Shown: in pieces, positions 45,927 through 55,339 of the stretch
How positions within the stretch are numbered: position 1 is the first letter of the stretch
Layout: each line of letters begins with the position of its first letter
IMG/VR virus record: IMGVR_UViG_3300042860_001108
Span: 3,176 to 67,175 of that record
Strand: one strand, 5' to 3'
DNA length: 64,000 nt
DNA from: a virus
Translations under genes and position numbers: made by a program
Notes under the pieces: model-generated
The model's database searches: none
Told to the model about the DNA's origin: nothing
Seen by the model: only the letters and a program-made list of their open reading frames with translations

Positions 45927-46125
45927 GATGTTGAGGTGTTGTTGGGGGTTGAGGTGTTGTTGGGGGTTGAGGGGGAGACACAGATTCCTAGCCCCCTCGG
46001 TCTAGGTTCAGGGAGATGCACCATACGCATCAAAATCAGCGGGCACGTATGGTGCGCAAGAAATGGCTTCACATCTGTGAGGCTAGAACCACGCTTGCAG
46101 CTATGCAACGCCCGCTAAAAATCTG

Positions 46126-46344
46126 CTACGCCGACTTCTTCGGCGCTTTTGTATTTGGATTTGTGGGGTGCTCGGTTGACGACGAGGGTGTCACCTCGGT
46201 AGCTGTAGAGGAAAGGCCAACAATTCTTTCCTCCGTGTTGAACCTGTGCAGGTTCGCGCACTGGTAGCGACGGCGGCGCGATCCATCTCTCCTGAGAACT
46301 GACTCCAGAACTTCTGTCCAGGCGTTGCATGTCGGACATTTCAT
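46126..46344 (-). CDS. Zn-ribbon protein (NrdR N-terminal-like)
   Basis: MKCPTC..T.VLES.....RRRRYQC...HRF.T.E. Confidence 0.7.
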   Translation of the reverse strand: MKCPTCNAWTEVLESVLRRDGSRRRRYQCANLHRFNTEERIVGLSSTATEVTPSSSTEHPTNPNTKAPKKSA

Positions 46345-46529
46345 TCCTCCACCCAAGCATCTACTGAAAACTCATGTGCATGTGCTGCCGCGAACATCAT
46401 CAGATTCTTGATGACGTACGGCGGGATCTTTACCAAAGCCCCTTCGCCGTCACGAAATCTAAGCCAGTCGCCGTAAACTTGCATGCCCACGGCATCGTCA
46501 ATTTCAGCGCCATCGGATTTCATCTGCAT
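46341..46529 (-). CDS. Hypothetical protein
   Basis: AGGAG RBS, packed operon. Confidence 0.5.
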   Translation of the reverse strand: MQMKSDGAEIDDAVGMQVYGDWLRFRDGEGALVKIPPYVIKNLMMFAAAHAHEFSVDAWVEE

Positions 46530-46550
46530 TTCATTCTCCTTTCCTTTGAG

Positions 46551-46763
46551 TCATCCTTCAATAATTCTTGTAAGCATAGCCATCCGATCAATTAGCTCTT
46601 GTTCTCGGCACCACAAATACGACCAATGGTGTTCTCGTTGCATAAAGATGTCAGGGTGGTTGTTTGCGTATAACTCGTCAAGCATTCTTTTAGCTTGATC
46701 GTATGAGTAACGGGCACGTTCTTCAACAGACATCGTGCTCCAAAGTTTTTTTGGTTCACTCAT
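46551..46763 (-). CDS. Hypothetical protein
   Basis: Packed operon. Confidence 0.5.
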   Translation of the reverse strand: MSEPKKLWSTMSVEERARYSYDQAKRMLDELYANNHPDIFMQREHHWSYLWCREQELIDRMAMLTRIIEG

Positions 46764-46944
46764 TTTCTTTCTCCACAAAATCCCCATTAGGACACGGACC
46801 ATGCCCGGTCCACGGGCCGATCCACATTTGGTGCTCTGCGGCGGGATGCACAGGATTTATGTGCACGTTCCGTGCGCATTGTTTGCACTGCTCAAGCAAG
46901 GGGTTGCTCATGCAGCGGGCGAAGTCTTGGGGTAAGTAGTTCAT
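46756..46944 (-). CDS. Small Cys-rich protein
   Basis: D.ARC......C..CAR; AAGGAG RBS. Confidence 0.55.
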   Translation of the reverse strand: MNYLPQDFARCMSNPLLEQCKQCARNVHINPVHPAAEHQMWIGPWTGHGPCPNGDFVEKENE

Positions 46945-46945
46945 G

Positions 46946-47167
46946 TCAACTCCTTATAAGACTGACATCTGGTTGAAGAGCGTACATCTCTACTTCATCC
47001 ATGCCTTTCACGAAACGTCCTGCGCTGGTTACCCAGCAATCTCCTTGAGGAAGACCCTCGTACCAGCAAGCGGTATGGATTCTGTCTAGCCCTTTCCACA
47101 GAACAATGCACTTTGATCCGTGTGGGGGCGCAGCCCCAGACAGCCATGTAAGCACGGTTTCGGTCAT
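46946..47167 (-). CDS. Hypothetical protein
   Basis: ATGA coupling. Confidence 0.5.
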   Translation of the reverse strand: MTETVLTWLSGAAPPHGSKCIVLWKGLDRIHTACWYEGLPQGDCWVTSAGRFVKGMDEVEMYALQPDVSLIRS

Positions 47168-47385
47168 GGTTTCCCCCTTGCTCTGATGGCGGCGGCGCAT
47201 TCATCTGCATAACACCCCTCCCATCCATCTGCAATGCATCTTGCGTCACACACCTTAGCGCAGGCCTCGCGCTCGGCAGCAGCGACAAGGGCGGCGAAGC
47301 GTTCAAGCCCCGCCATTAGCGTCAACTCGGTATGCGCGGCGTACACACCAGCCTCCCGCGCCATGCGGATGATGTCGTCTTTCAT
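47164..47385 (-). CDS. Hypothetical phage protein (EREACA family)
   Basis: DDIIRMAREAG...LERFAALVAAAEREACAKVC...CAAAIRARG. Confidence 0.7.
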   Translation of the reverse strand: MKDDIIRMAREAGVYAAHTELTLMAGLERFAALVAAAEREACAKVCDARCIADGWEGCYADECAAAIRARGKP

Positions 47386-47648
47386 ACCTTCCCCTCCACC
47401 TTAGCCCACGCTTCCTTTGCTTCTTGCATCGCAGGGTGTTCACCGTCTGCTTCCATCAAACGGTTTTCCAGCGTGTTGCAATAGCTAATGAGGCGGCGCA
47501 ATGCAGCGCCCAGTTCCGTATTGACGCTGTGCAGCCGGCGAAGTTCTGCAGCGGTTTCAGCGAGGGTACTCCAATGCTCTGAATCAGAGTATTTGGAAAC
47601 ATAAATCAAATCATCAGCCAGCCGCAGGGCGGTAGGTTGTTTACTCAT
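47382..47648 (-). CDS. Hypothetical phage protein
   Basis: QP.ALRLAD...AAELRRLH..N. Confidence 0.65.
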   Translation of the reverse strand: MSKQPTALRLADDLIYVSKYSDSEHWSTLAETAAELRRLHSVNTELGAALRRLISYCNTLENRLMEADGEHPAMQEAKEAWAKVEGKV

Positions 47649-47917
47649 GTGTTCTCCTTGATCCCATGCGCGGCCTCGACCGCTCGGGCGTATTCCCGGT
47701 GCTCCCAATCTGCGCTCATTGGCTCACGCCACAGGCGATCAAGCTCCTCGTCGCTCAGGGGCTCCTGCACCGGCTGCTCCAGCGCGGCCTTGAGCGAAGC
47801 AATGGCTTCCTCGGCGTCCTTAATGTCTGAACGGATGATGTTGCCCATTTCATACGTCTCAACCAAGCACTTCAGTGCCTCCAGCGCGTGCTGAGCGGCT
47901 TCGCGTAGCGTGGTCAT
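47645..47917 (-). CDS. Hypothetical phage protein
   Basis: LREAAQ.ALEAL...PLSDEE...ARA.EAAHGI. Confidence 0.65.
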   Translation of the reverse strand: MTTLREAAQHALEALKCLVETYEMGNIIRSDIKDAEEAIASLKAALEQPVQEPLSDEELDRLWREPMSADWEHREYARAVEAAHGIKENT

Positions 47918-48102
47918 ACCTTGTTCCTTTCTTGCCATGCCGGATCTGCACGCATCTGTGCGTATGCTTGTGCCATTCCTGCGCCGAACTTGCGGCCTGC
48001 TGCGTTGACCTTGTTGATCAGATCGTCCAGCACTTGCCGAGCGCGAATGTCGTCAAGCATCACCCGCAGCACGCGGTGCTTGCGTTTGGATTGGCGTTTC
48101 AT
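47914..48102 (-). CDS. Hypothetical protein
   Basis: AGGAG RBS, ATGA coupling. Confidence 0.5.
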   Translation of the reverse strand: MKRQSKRKHRVLRVMLDDIRARQVLDDLINKVNAAGRKFGAGMAQAYAQMRADPAWQERNKV

Positions 48103-48461
48103 TTCATCTCCTTTCCTATGGCAGCCGCAGCCCTGACGACGGCGCGGCGGGTGGCGGCGTAGGGGTCGCCGTTGTGCATCTGTGCGATTCGGATCGGGAG
48201 CTTGCCGTCTTCAAAGTCGTCAGGGCACGGGGCGACCCCCGCGTAAGTTGCACCAAGATGCGGGCCGACCGTAAACCCCAACTTCACCGCCAACCGCAGC
48301 GCATCACCGTCGTCGGTGAGGGGGTTCCAACAGGTCTGACCTTCGCTTATCCAAAGCCCCACATCGCCAGCGCCGCAGGCATCGCGGTCAGCTTGGTTGC
48401 GTGTGTGTACTTTCTTCCCCGCCGCTTTCGCAGCGGCCTCAAGCAGTTCGCGGTCAGTCAT
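48099..48461 (-). CDS. Hypothetical phage protein
   Basis: TDRELLE.AAKAAG...WNPLTDDGDALRLAVKL...ATRRA.VRAAA.IG. Confidence 0.7.
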   Translation of the reverse strand: MTDRELLEAAAKAAGKKVHTRNQADRDACGAGDVGLWISEGQTCWNPLTDDGDALRLAVKLGFTVGPHLGATYAGVAPCPDDFEDGKLPIRIAQMHNGDPYAATRRAVVRAAAAIGKEMK

Positions 48462-48634
48462 ACCAACACCCCCACAAGAAATGCAAGGACGCCGACAAGG
48501 ACAACAACGCACAGCCCGAGCAGCACCAGTTTGCCCAAGGATTCAGGGGCGTCATCAACGCCGATTTCAGTTGCCGCTTCAGCGGCTTCGGGGTAGCGGC
48601 CTTGTTGGTCAAGGCCTTTGGGTAGTTTCTTCAT
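48458..48634 (-). CDS. Small membrane protein
   Basis: QQGRYPEAA then a C-terminal TM helix. Confidence 0.55.
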   Translation of the reverse strand: MKKLPKGLDQQGRYPEAAEAATEIGVDDAPESLGKLVLLGLCVVVLVGVLAFLVGVLV

Positions 48635-48792
48635 TGCCCTGCCCTCCTCACAGGCTGCGCCAGCAACCACTTGTCCCCCAGGCGCAGGACGCTGCGGACC
48701 CAGGCCTTGCGATTGTGGCGGTTGACACTGGTCGGCACCAGTGGGGAGTTCCATAACTCCCGGGCGTGACGGACGAGATCTTTGGTGTTCAT
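48631..48792 (-). CDS. Hypothetical protein
   Basis: NRHN...WVRSV..LGDKWLLA. Confidence 0.55.
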   Translation of the reverse strand: MNTKDLVRHARELWNSPLVPTSVNRHNRKAWVRSVLRLGDKWLLAQPVRRAGQ

Positions 48793-49019
48793 CGCACGCC
48801 CCCCTGCCGCGCAGCGATCTCGTCGATCTGCTTGGCAACTGCTTCTGCAAGTGCGCGATCCTGTGTCCGCGCCCCTCCCGGCAGAACCCACCCCTCAGGA
48901 AAGGTTTCACCTTGATACGGCGGGTGCTTGCCCTCGTATGTGAGCGCTTCTGCCCAGATGATGCGGCCCCGCCCAATGGTGATGTCATTGGGGTGCTTGA
49001 ATTGGAAAAATTCTCTCAT
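48789..49019 (-). CDS. Hypothetical protein
   Basis: GAGGAG RBS; GWVLPGG..T motif. Confidence 0.55.
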   Translation of the reverse strand: MREFFQFKHPNDITIGRGRIIWAEALTYEGKHPPYQGETFPEGWVLPGGARTQDRALAEAVAKQIDEIAARQGGVR

Positions 49020-49043
49020 TTGCTTCTCCTCAAAGTTAAACAG

Positions 49044-49075
49044 ACAACAAAAACGCCCTGCCTAAGCAGAGCGTT
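49044..49075 (-). terminator. Intrinsic terminator
   Basis: AACGCTCTGC-ttag-GCAGGGCGTT followed by TTTGTT on the minus strand. Confidence 0.6.
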
Positions 49076-49095
49076 GAGTGCAGAGTCAGGGACTC

Positions 49096-49347
49096 TTAGG
49101 CCGTACGCCAGACACGAACGCCACCGTCCACCGTTGCGGTCTGGAACGCGCCCTCGTAGGACTCGAGGAAGACCTTCTTCGCCATCAGGAACTTGCGCCG
49201 CCAGTTGGTCAGCGCCTTCTTGTCCTTCGTGTCGCACTCGATCAGGAAGCTGTCGCCCACGTCCATCTCGGCCATCGGGAACGCAGTGGGCACACGGCCA
49301 CGCGTACGCTTGGGGATGGGAACGCCTGCTTCTACAGTGAAAGTCAT
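49096..49347 (-). CDS. Small conserved phage protein
   Basis: VE.GVPIP...FP..EM.VGDSF...GVRVWR. Confidence 0.7.
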   Translation of the reverse strand: MTFTVEAGVPIPKRTRGRVPTAFPMAEMDVGDSFLIECDTKDKKALTNWRRKFLMAKKVFLESYEGAFQTATVDGGVRVWRTA

Positions 49348-49378
49348 GTTGACTCCTAAAAGGGTTGATGAGGTGGGG

Positions 49379-49407
49379 AGTATCCGCCCCCACCATCGGG
49401 TTGTCAA
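49379..49407 (-). promoter_or_regulatory. Sigma70-like promoter
   Basis: TTGACA-17 bp-GATACT on the minus strand. Confidence 0.7.
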
Positions 49408-49412
49408 GCGCT

Positions 49413-50054
49413 TTACAACGCACGCAGGCGAATTACCTTGCCCATCTTCTTACCGTGGGCCACATAGGCAATGACCGGGATGCTGGCATCCCAGCATGCG
49501 CGGCACCCGCTGCACATACCGTCGTGCTCGTACGCTTCGCACACCTTGACGCCTTCCGGTGCCTCGGACTTGTGGCTGATGATAGTGCTGCCATGCAGCG
49601 CTGGCGTGAATTCACCCGCGACACTATCGGATGAGAAGCGCACGCTGACGTTGGGCAGCGCACGCATGGCCTTGAACACCTCATCATACTTGGCGAACTT
49701 GTACATGCGCGTGGGCAACCAATGGTCAACCCAGGGCGTAGCCTCCATGACCTGATACACCTTCCACGCAAGGTCCAGGGAGTACAGATCGCCGGAGTCA
49801 AGCCAGCGGAAATAGTCCTCATTGATGAGCGCGACGACCATGTCGGGCACCCAGTCGTCGCGCTGCCAGTCGGTCCGGTTGAACTCGCGTGGTGCCTTGA
49901 CGTTGGCGAAGACGTAGTTCCCCGTGGTGGCGTAGCAACCCTTGCATGCGTCCACGAGCTCGTTCTTGTGCGACACGCTACCTGGGCAGGTGTCGAGCGC
50001 TTGCAGGCTCCACGAGAGGATACCGTCAAGCTTGCTGGTCTTGCTGAGTTTCAT
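49413..50054 (-). CDS. Gp88-like protein
   Basis: LSKTSK...SWSL.A...CPG...C.GCYA..G.Y, FRW.DSGD, HWLPTR, C..CRACWD. Confidence 0.75.
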   Translation of the reverse strand: MKLSKTSKLDGILSWSLQALDTCPGSVSHKNELVDACKGCYATTGNYVFANVKAPREFNRTDWQRDDWVPDMVVALINEDYFRWLDSGDLYSLDLAWKVYQVMEATPWVDHWLPTRMYKFAKYDEVFKAMRALPNVSVRFSSDSVAGEFTPALHGSTIISHKSEAPEGVKVCEAYEHDGMCSGCRACWDASIPVIAYVAHGKKMGKVIRLRAL

Positions 50055-50095
50055 TGCTTTCTCCTAAGTGAAAGAGGACAACGATGTCCCCATTG

Positions 50096-50118
50096 AAAAC
50101 AGGGGGCCGAAGCCCCCC
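50096..50118 (-). terminator. Intrinsic terminator
   Basis: GGGGG-CTTCGG-CCCCC-TGTTTT on the minus strand after the DUF932 gene. Confidence 0.7.
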
Positions 50119-50123
50119 ACGAA

Positions 50124-51110
50124 TTACGCTGCCAGCGCTATCTCGACTGCGCGTTGCTTGAGGTCAGCGCCTGGGCCCCAGGTGGCGGATGCCGTGCGGT
50201 TCTCGTCCGAGCGGGCACGGACATGGTGGTCCACGTACTCGGTGCACGCGTTCAGCCAGCCCCACGAAGTCTCGCGTGCAGTCTCGAGCGTGCTGCCCTT
50301 GCCCCCGCCTTGAAATAACCCCATGATGCGGTGAAAGCCCGCACTATCTTTCGCGGCGTCGATGTTTCTGGTTGGAGTTGTCAACAGCAGGGCAGTCATG
50401 TCCTCGGCCAGCTTGGACTCGACCTTGATGGATGCAAGCTTGCGTGCCATCTCCATGAACGCGCCGAACTCCTCGTGGGCAGACTCGATGATGCCTCGGC
50501 ACTCCTGCGCCTTGAACGTGGTGCGATGGGAGATCTTGAAGGACGCCGCACCCTTGAGCGCTACGCTCAGCGTGTTGTTGCACACTGTGCGTACTTGAGT
50601 GAGCCTGCCCTCGGTGGCGAGTGAGCCATCGGCAGATGTGCTCAACAGGATGTAGGGCACAACAGTGTCCTTGCCTGTGTTCGCCACTGCCACTGCGTTC
50701 GCCATCTTCGCCGTGGCGAAGTAGCGCTTGCCTCCGAACAGCACGCCCGCTGACTCGATGGTGACCGAGTTGGCCTGCGCCCACTCACGGAAGAACTCGA
50801 GCACCTCACGGGGCTGCACTACCTTGTAGCTGTCAGAGACAACGCCCAGGGGTGCGCCCGTGTCGGAGCGAAAGAGGACAAGGCGGTCTTCAACCTTCTT
50901 AAGCTCTCCCACAGTAGCCAGCGCCTCGTCGAGGCGGGATGTAGCATACCGAAGGGTGGCACGCTGCACCTTGTACTCCATGCCTGCGGCTGTCGCCCAG
51001 GCCTCCACGTCCTGCCCGACGGGCATGAGTTCACCCAGCCCGTGCCACTCACGCTGGGTGCTGGCGTAGGAAGCGCGGTTCAGGGAGGTGGTGTCGATTT
51101 GATGAGCCAT
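50124..51110 (-). CDS. DUF932-family phage/plasmid protein
   Basis: MAH...WHGLG, R.DT..PLGVVS..YK.VQ, SAG.L.GG, S.DGS, R.VCNNT, W...NA.TEY.DH. Confidence 0.85.
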   Translation of the reverse strand: MAHQIDTTSLNRASYASTQREWHGLGELMPVGQDVEAWATAAGMEYKVQRATLRYATSRLDEALATVGELKKVEDRLVLFRSDTGAPLGVVSDSYKVVQPREVLEFFREWAQANSVTIESAGVLFGGKRYFATAKMANAVAVANTGKDTVVPYILLSTSADGSLATEGRLTQVRTVCNNTLSVALKGAASFKISHRTTFKAQECRGIIESAHEEFGAFMEMARKLASIKVESKLAEDMTALLLTTPTRNIDAAKDSAGFHRIMGLFQGGGKGSTLETARETSWGWLNACTEYVDHHVRARSDENRTASATWGPGADLKQRAVEIALAA

Positions 51111-51200
51111 TTGGTTTCTCCTAGTTGATGTGCCGCTGAACCGCAGCGGCCACGGTGTCAAAGACTTGACTGTATCACACTCCTGTGGGCACAGGAAGCT

Positions 51201-51515
51201 TTATTCAGTTGTAAGAACCCACTTCATGTCGAAGACGGTGGGGAAGTACTCCCGTCCGTCAGCGGTCCACACGCGGCCTGTGCTGCCGGAGTGACGGGGT
51301 GCGCGGCCACCGATGATGGTGTCAACCTCGCCACGGTGGGTAGCGGCCTTGGTGCCCTTGAGCACGGGCTCAGCGACGTCGCCGTCCCAGCACAGGTGCC
51401 ACTCACGGCAGGGACCATCGGTGATGTACGCGTCCAGTGCCTTCCACTGGCGGTATGCCTCTTGGTCAGCGTCAGCCTCAGCAAGGCTGAGGGGAGGGAG
51501 GGATTGGTAAGTCAT
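51201..51515 (-). CDS. Hypothetical protein
   Basis: AAGGAG RBS; P.HSGSTGRV...EYFP.VF..KW. Confidence 0.6.
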   Translation of the reverse strand: MTYQSLPPLSLAEADADQEAYRQWKALDAYITDGPCREWHLCWDGDVAEPVLKGTKAATHRGEVDTIIGGRAPRHSGSTGRVWTADGREYFPTVFDMKWVLTTE

Positions 51516-51526
51516 TGGGGTACTCC

Positions 51527-51745
51527 TTACTTGGTCTTGGGGTGGATGGTGGTGAGGAACACAGCCCCCTCTACCATGGGCTTGTAAAACTCGATGTCGT
51601 AGTCCATGTCCATGCCGACAGGCACGAGGTACAGACCGAAGGGGTGCCCTTCCTTCTTCATGGTGCGGATCAACCGCTCGATGTCAGTGTCAACTTTCCA
51701 CCCCCAAATGGACGCGGCAAAGAAGTGTCGGTTGTTGGTTGTCAT
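51527..51745 (-). CDS. Hypothetical protein
   Basis: AGGAG RBS; HFFA.S...W...Y.I..Y.P.VEGA. Confidence 0.6.
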   Translation of the reverse strand: MTTNNRHFFAASIWGWKVDTDIERLIRTMKKEGHPFGLYLVPVGMDMDYDIEFYKPMVEGAVFLTTIHPKTK

Positions 51746-51757
51746 TGCATTACTCCT

Positions 51758-51780
51758 AAAAGAAAAGCCCCCGAAGGGGC
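51758..51780 (-). terminator. Intrinsic terminator
   Basis: GCCCC-TTCG-GGGGC-TTTTCTTTT on the minus strand. Confidence 0.75.
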
Positions 51781-51800
51781 GGGTGGCACGCCTGACGCAG

Positions 51801-52331
51801 TCAGGCGCAGACGATGCGCTTCACTTCCTTGATCACGACCTCTTCAATCCTCTCAACTACTTCTATCCGACAAGAGTCGGAATCTTGTTTTACGTAAGCG
51901 CTGATGAAGATGTTGATCTCCACGGGCAGCGTGGTCTTGTCGTCGTGCCAGAAGTAAGCGTTCTTCTCCAGCCAGCGTGCCGCAGGGGTAGCTGGCATCG
52001 GGATGGGCAGCTTCTTGTTGAACCGATAGTCCCGGTTGGGCTTGTCGTGGGTGTAGTCGCTGGATGAGGAGTCCCAGCCCGGGTCGGAGACGAACGCTTC
52101 GAGCACGCGCAGGAGGGGCTTAGCTTTGAGCGAGTCGAGGTCGCGCATGAACAGCGAGAACGTGATGTTGTTGCTGTAGTCAGAGCAGCTGACCCGCACA
52201 TCCTTGCGGACGTTGCGTGGGAAGAGTTGCAGGATGGCCTGCACGGCAGGTGCCTCCAGTATGCGGACGCGCAGCGCGGCACGGTGCACGTTGGCGATGG
52301 CGTCTTGCTTGGCTTGTGTGAACTTCTTCAT
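51801..52331 (-). CDS. Hypothetical protein
   Basis: AGGAG RBS. Confidence 0.6.
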   Translation of the reverse strand: MKKFTQAKQDAIANVHRAALRVRILEAPAVQAILQLFPRNVRKDVRVSCSDYSNNITFSLFMRDLDSLKAKPLLRVLEAFVSDPGWDSSSSDYTHDKPNRDYRFNKKLPIPMPATPAARWLEKNAYFWHDDKTTLPVEINIFISAYVKQDSDSCRIEVVERIEEVVIKEVKRIVCA

Positions 52332-52407
52332 GGTTGCTTTCTCCTAGAGTTGAATGAGGACGGGGATGTCCTCTTTGGTGATGGGGGAGAAATCTCCCCC
52401 GGGGAAC

Positions 52408-52863
52408 TTAGATGCTGATGCTGAACGTGGCGTTACGCAGCGTCTCGTTGACGCGGTCGTCGATCTGGTCATGCAGATCGCCTTCACGCAGGAAGTCAGC
52501 CGGGTCTTCGTCGTTCCAGTTGCTGACGACGCTGTCGTACTCGTCGTGGTCGTAGCTCTCGCAGTGGTTGTCCATTGCCTGCTCCGCAGCGGCTTCTGCG
52601 ATCTCGCGGATACGCTGCTCACTGGCGTCAATGACGTGGTCCATGCGCTGCTCAAGCGCCACCACACGGTTGGTCAGCGTGGTGTCCACCCCGATGGCGG
52701 GGTTGTTCTCAAGCGCAGCAAGGCGCTCCCCAATCGCTACATGCTGCGAACTGAGCGTGTCGATACGCCGTTCCAGCACGGCAATCCGCTCCACCAGCGG
52801 AGCGATAGCCTGCTGCACAGCAGCGTTCAGGGCAGCGGACAGGATTTGGTTCAGATCAAACAT
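52408..52863 (-). CDS. Coiled-coil hypothetical protein with acidic C-terminus
   Basis: RIAVLE/RLAALE/RVVALE repeats; AAGGAG RBS. Confidence 0.65.
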   Translation of the reverse strand: MFDLNQILSAALNAAVQQAIAPLVERIAVLERRIDTLSSQHVAIGERLAALENNPAIGVDTTLTNRVVALEQRMDHVIDASEQRIREIAEAAAEQAMDNHCESYDHDEYDSVVSNWNDEDPADFLREGDLHDQIDDRVNETLRNATFSISI

Positions 52864-52955
52864 GTGAATCTCCTTTGAATGGGGTGTTGACACCCCTTTG
52901 ACACTGGTCGGGGCTGGGCCGCAGCCCCCACGGTTGGGGGAGAAACCTCCCCTGG

Positions 52956-53309
52956 TTACTCACCCCGAAGTTCCTCCGGGATGTTGATGGTGTCGCCCAG
53001 GCGGGAGGCGACGTAGCATCGCATGGCTGCGATAAGAGGCGTGGGGCCAAAGAACAGGCAGTCAGTGCTGTCGTGCTGCACGCATTGCCACCGTAAATCT
53101 TCATCACTCTCGTTAGGCCACGGCGTTACGTCGAGCCACTCCCGCTCGATGATCGGCCCACCCTCCTGCCAGGAGGTGGAGGGACTGAAGATAGGCGCAA
53201 CCAACGGAGGCGCCCCCTTGATATCGTCCAGCGTCACGCTGTACGGTCTGCCTTCACATGTCGCCACGGCCCAATCAAGGGCGGCTCCGGTCAGTTCATT
53301 TGTCTTCAT
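52956..53309 (-). CDS. DUF2591/NinX-like protein
   Basis: ELTG.ALDWAVA...PSTSW..GGPIIERE...GPTPLIAAMRC.VAS.LG. Confidence 0.8.
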   Translation of the reverse strand: MKTNELTGAALDWAVATCEGRPYSVTLDDIKGAPPLVAPIFSPSTSWQEGGPIIEREWLDVTPWPNESDEDLRWQCVQHDSTDCLFFGPTPLIAAMRCYVASRLGDTINIPEELRGE

Positions 53310-53392
53310 TGCATTACTCCTCATGGGGTCAGATGACCCCGAACATCAGTAGCAACGCGGCTACCACGCACACAGCCAACAGGCCGATATCT

Positions 53393-53710
53393 TCACTCGA
53401 CATCGGTTTCTCCTTTCTTACCAAGCTCGATGTACCACGCATCAAGCGCCAAGCGCCGGATGTGGAGCGCTTGCTTACGCACAGTGCGGAAGTGGCTGTT
53501 GACCATCTTCACGAGGGGCGCTTCGGTGGAGCCCGATGTGGTGGGCCTGTCCTCGCTCGGGTCCGTACGCAGCACGAACCACCCGCCGTTGTCCACCATA
53601 CGCTTGTACAGCGTGTCGTAGTCAGGCAGGCTGCGCGTGGGACATGGCTGTGGTGCCAGCGCAGCGTGCGGCAGGGAGCCTAGCTTCAGGGGGTACTTAA
53701 GCCCGGGCAT
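53393..53710 (-). CDS. Hypothetical protein
   Basis: AAGGAG RBS. Confidence 0.5.
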   Translation of the reverse strand: MPGLKYPLKLGSLPHAALAPQPCPTRSLPDYDTLYKRMVDNGGWFVLRTDPSEDRPTTSGSTEAPLVKMVNSHFRTVRKQALHIRRLALDAWYIELGKKGETDVE

Positions 53711-53894
53711 TAGCGTGCTCCTTCATATCGCTCTCTTCCCACACAGACTTGTAGAAGATGCGGGCATAGCGCTCATCAGGGTCAGCGTGGGGGAACTCTT
53801 GCCGTGCGTACATCTCCGCCGCCATCTTGGTGGCGAACAACACAGGCATCGGGGAATCAGGGTCAGCGCCCCGCACATACCAAACTTCTTTCAT
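53697..53894 (-). CDS. Hypothetical protein
   Basis: AGGAG RBS; LF.TK.AAE.YAR..FP. Confidence 0.55.
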   Translation of the reverse strand: MKEVWYVRGADPDSPMPVLFATKMAAEMYARQEFPHADPDERYARIFYKSVWEESDMKEHANARA

Positions 53895-53911
53895 CACTTC
53901 TCTCCTTTCAT

Positions 53912-54535
53912 TTACCAAGACAAACACAACGGGTCACGGTACAACCGACGACCTCGCACCACGGGGCACGATGCATACAGACGGCGCAGGGACTGCAGCG
54001 TCTCGGGATACAGCCAATGCATAGGCTCTTGCTCAGCAGGCGTGGGCTCGATCCTTGAGGTCTGCCCCTTGTGCTTGATCACCTTGCGTAGCGCATCGCT
54101 GAGCGCAGTCTCGTACGCCTCGAAGAACACGGCCCACTCCGGCGATGCTGGCGTGATCTGGTTACGCACACACCACGCCTTCTCCTGCCGCAACTCCCGC
54201 ATCAAGGGGGCCCACGCCTGGATGCGCTTGGACTTCACACGCTTGTCCGCTTTGGCACGGGCACGGGCCTTCTTCGCCTCAATGTCGGCAGCGTTCTGGT
54301 TGCGCATCCTCATGGGCGTGGCGTAGGGGCGTTGGTTGTCCACCGCCTGCCGCCGCTCGGTCGGGGTCATGTCCTCGAAAGCCTTCTCGGGCTCACACAC
54401 AGTGCACAGTGAGCGCAGGATGCGCTTCTTGCCCCACCACTTGTGGAACTCGTGCAAGCGCAGCGTTCGCCCGCAGCCAGGGCAGGTTGCCTGCACACCG
54501 AGGTGCAGGAATCGGTTGTAGTACGGCGTGGTCAT
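53912..54535 (-). CDS. Zn-finger (2x CxxC) hypothetical protein
   Basis: CPGCG...EF...LCTVC; AAGGAGG RBS. Confidence 0.6.
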   Translation of the reverse strand: MTTPYYNRFLHLGVQATCPGCGRTLRLHEFHKWWGKKRILRSLCTVCEPEKAFEDMTPTERRQAVDNQRPYATPMRMRNQNAADIEAKKARARAKADKRVKSKRIQAWAPLMRELRQEKAWCVRNQITPASPEWAVFFEAYETALSDALRKVIKHKGQTSRIEPTPAEQEPMHWLYPETLQSLRRLYASCPVVRGRRLYRDPLCLSW

Positions 54536-54846
54536 AGGCGTGAGCCTCCTTGGTTGAATGGGGACAATGCTGTCCTCTTTGTCAAGTGCTTGACAATTTG
54601 CGTCCAGTGCTACCCCAAACCGAACGTCTACTGGACAGTAGTTTGGCAACGGCGGAGCGTTGTCAGCATTGAGGTTTTCCGAAAGCTGGCCAAGTGTAAA
54701 GCCAAAACGGAAAGTGTAGACAGGGAACCTGCAGAAAGGGAAAAATAAATCTGGATGGCGGTCGCCCTTGGATATGTACTCGTCCATCCAGACACATACA
54801 TACATAACTATAACCTTAACCATTTATTTATATTTATATAGAAGAA

Positions 54847-55065
54847 TCAAGGACTTGGACGCGCCAACCTACTGTCCAACGCGGATTGGCTACGGGACTC
54901 GCGTCCATCGACCCTTTTGGCACGGTTCTTGCTTGGCTCGTTTGATTCAAGGATTGAATCGTGCGATTCATAGAAGTTATCAGCGCGCTTCGCAGCACGC
55001 GCAGCACGGCGCTGCTGGTCTGCACGGGCTTGCGCCCGGGCTTCACCCTTGTAGGACTTGGACAT
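54847..55065 (-). CDS. Hypothetical basic protein
   Basis: AGGAG RBS before MSKSYKG. Confidence 0.4.
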   Translation of the reverse strand: MSKSYKGEARAQARADQQRRAARAAKRADNFYESHDSILESNEPSKNRAKRVDGRESRSQSALDSRLARPSP

Positions 55066-55108
55066 GTCTGCTCCTAGGTTGAAAGAGGACGGGTTGTCCT
55101 CTTTGAAG

Positions 55109-55339
55109 TCAGGCGCGTTCGCAACGAACGCCACCACGCGGGCCGACTGACAGGACGTAGTCGGGGTACTCATCACACTCGCTGCGCTTGGCGGCGATGT
55201 GCACGCTGGCGTCGATGCGCTGGCCGTACCCCCACAGTTCGTGGGCTACCTCACGGAATGCCGCGACCGCGTCGCGCAGCGTGGTGTGTCGCTCTGCGCC
55301 AGTGAGGTAGTCGTTTCCCATGCGAAGGTAGTAGTTCAT
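55109..55339 (-). CDS. Hypothetical protein
   Basis: EYPDYVLS.GPRGGV..E.A; AAGGAG RBS. Confidence 0.6.
   Translation of the reverse strand: MNYYLRMGNDYLTGAERHTTLRDAVAAFREVAHELWGYGQRIDASVHIAAKRSECDEYPDYVLSVGPRGGVRCERA

Noticed and set aside
45930-45972. 18-bp tandem repeat GTTGAGGTGTTGTTGGGG (about 2.3 copies) and ORF 45923..46108
   Set aside because: A short local duplication in a doubtful ORF with no support for function
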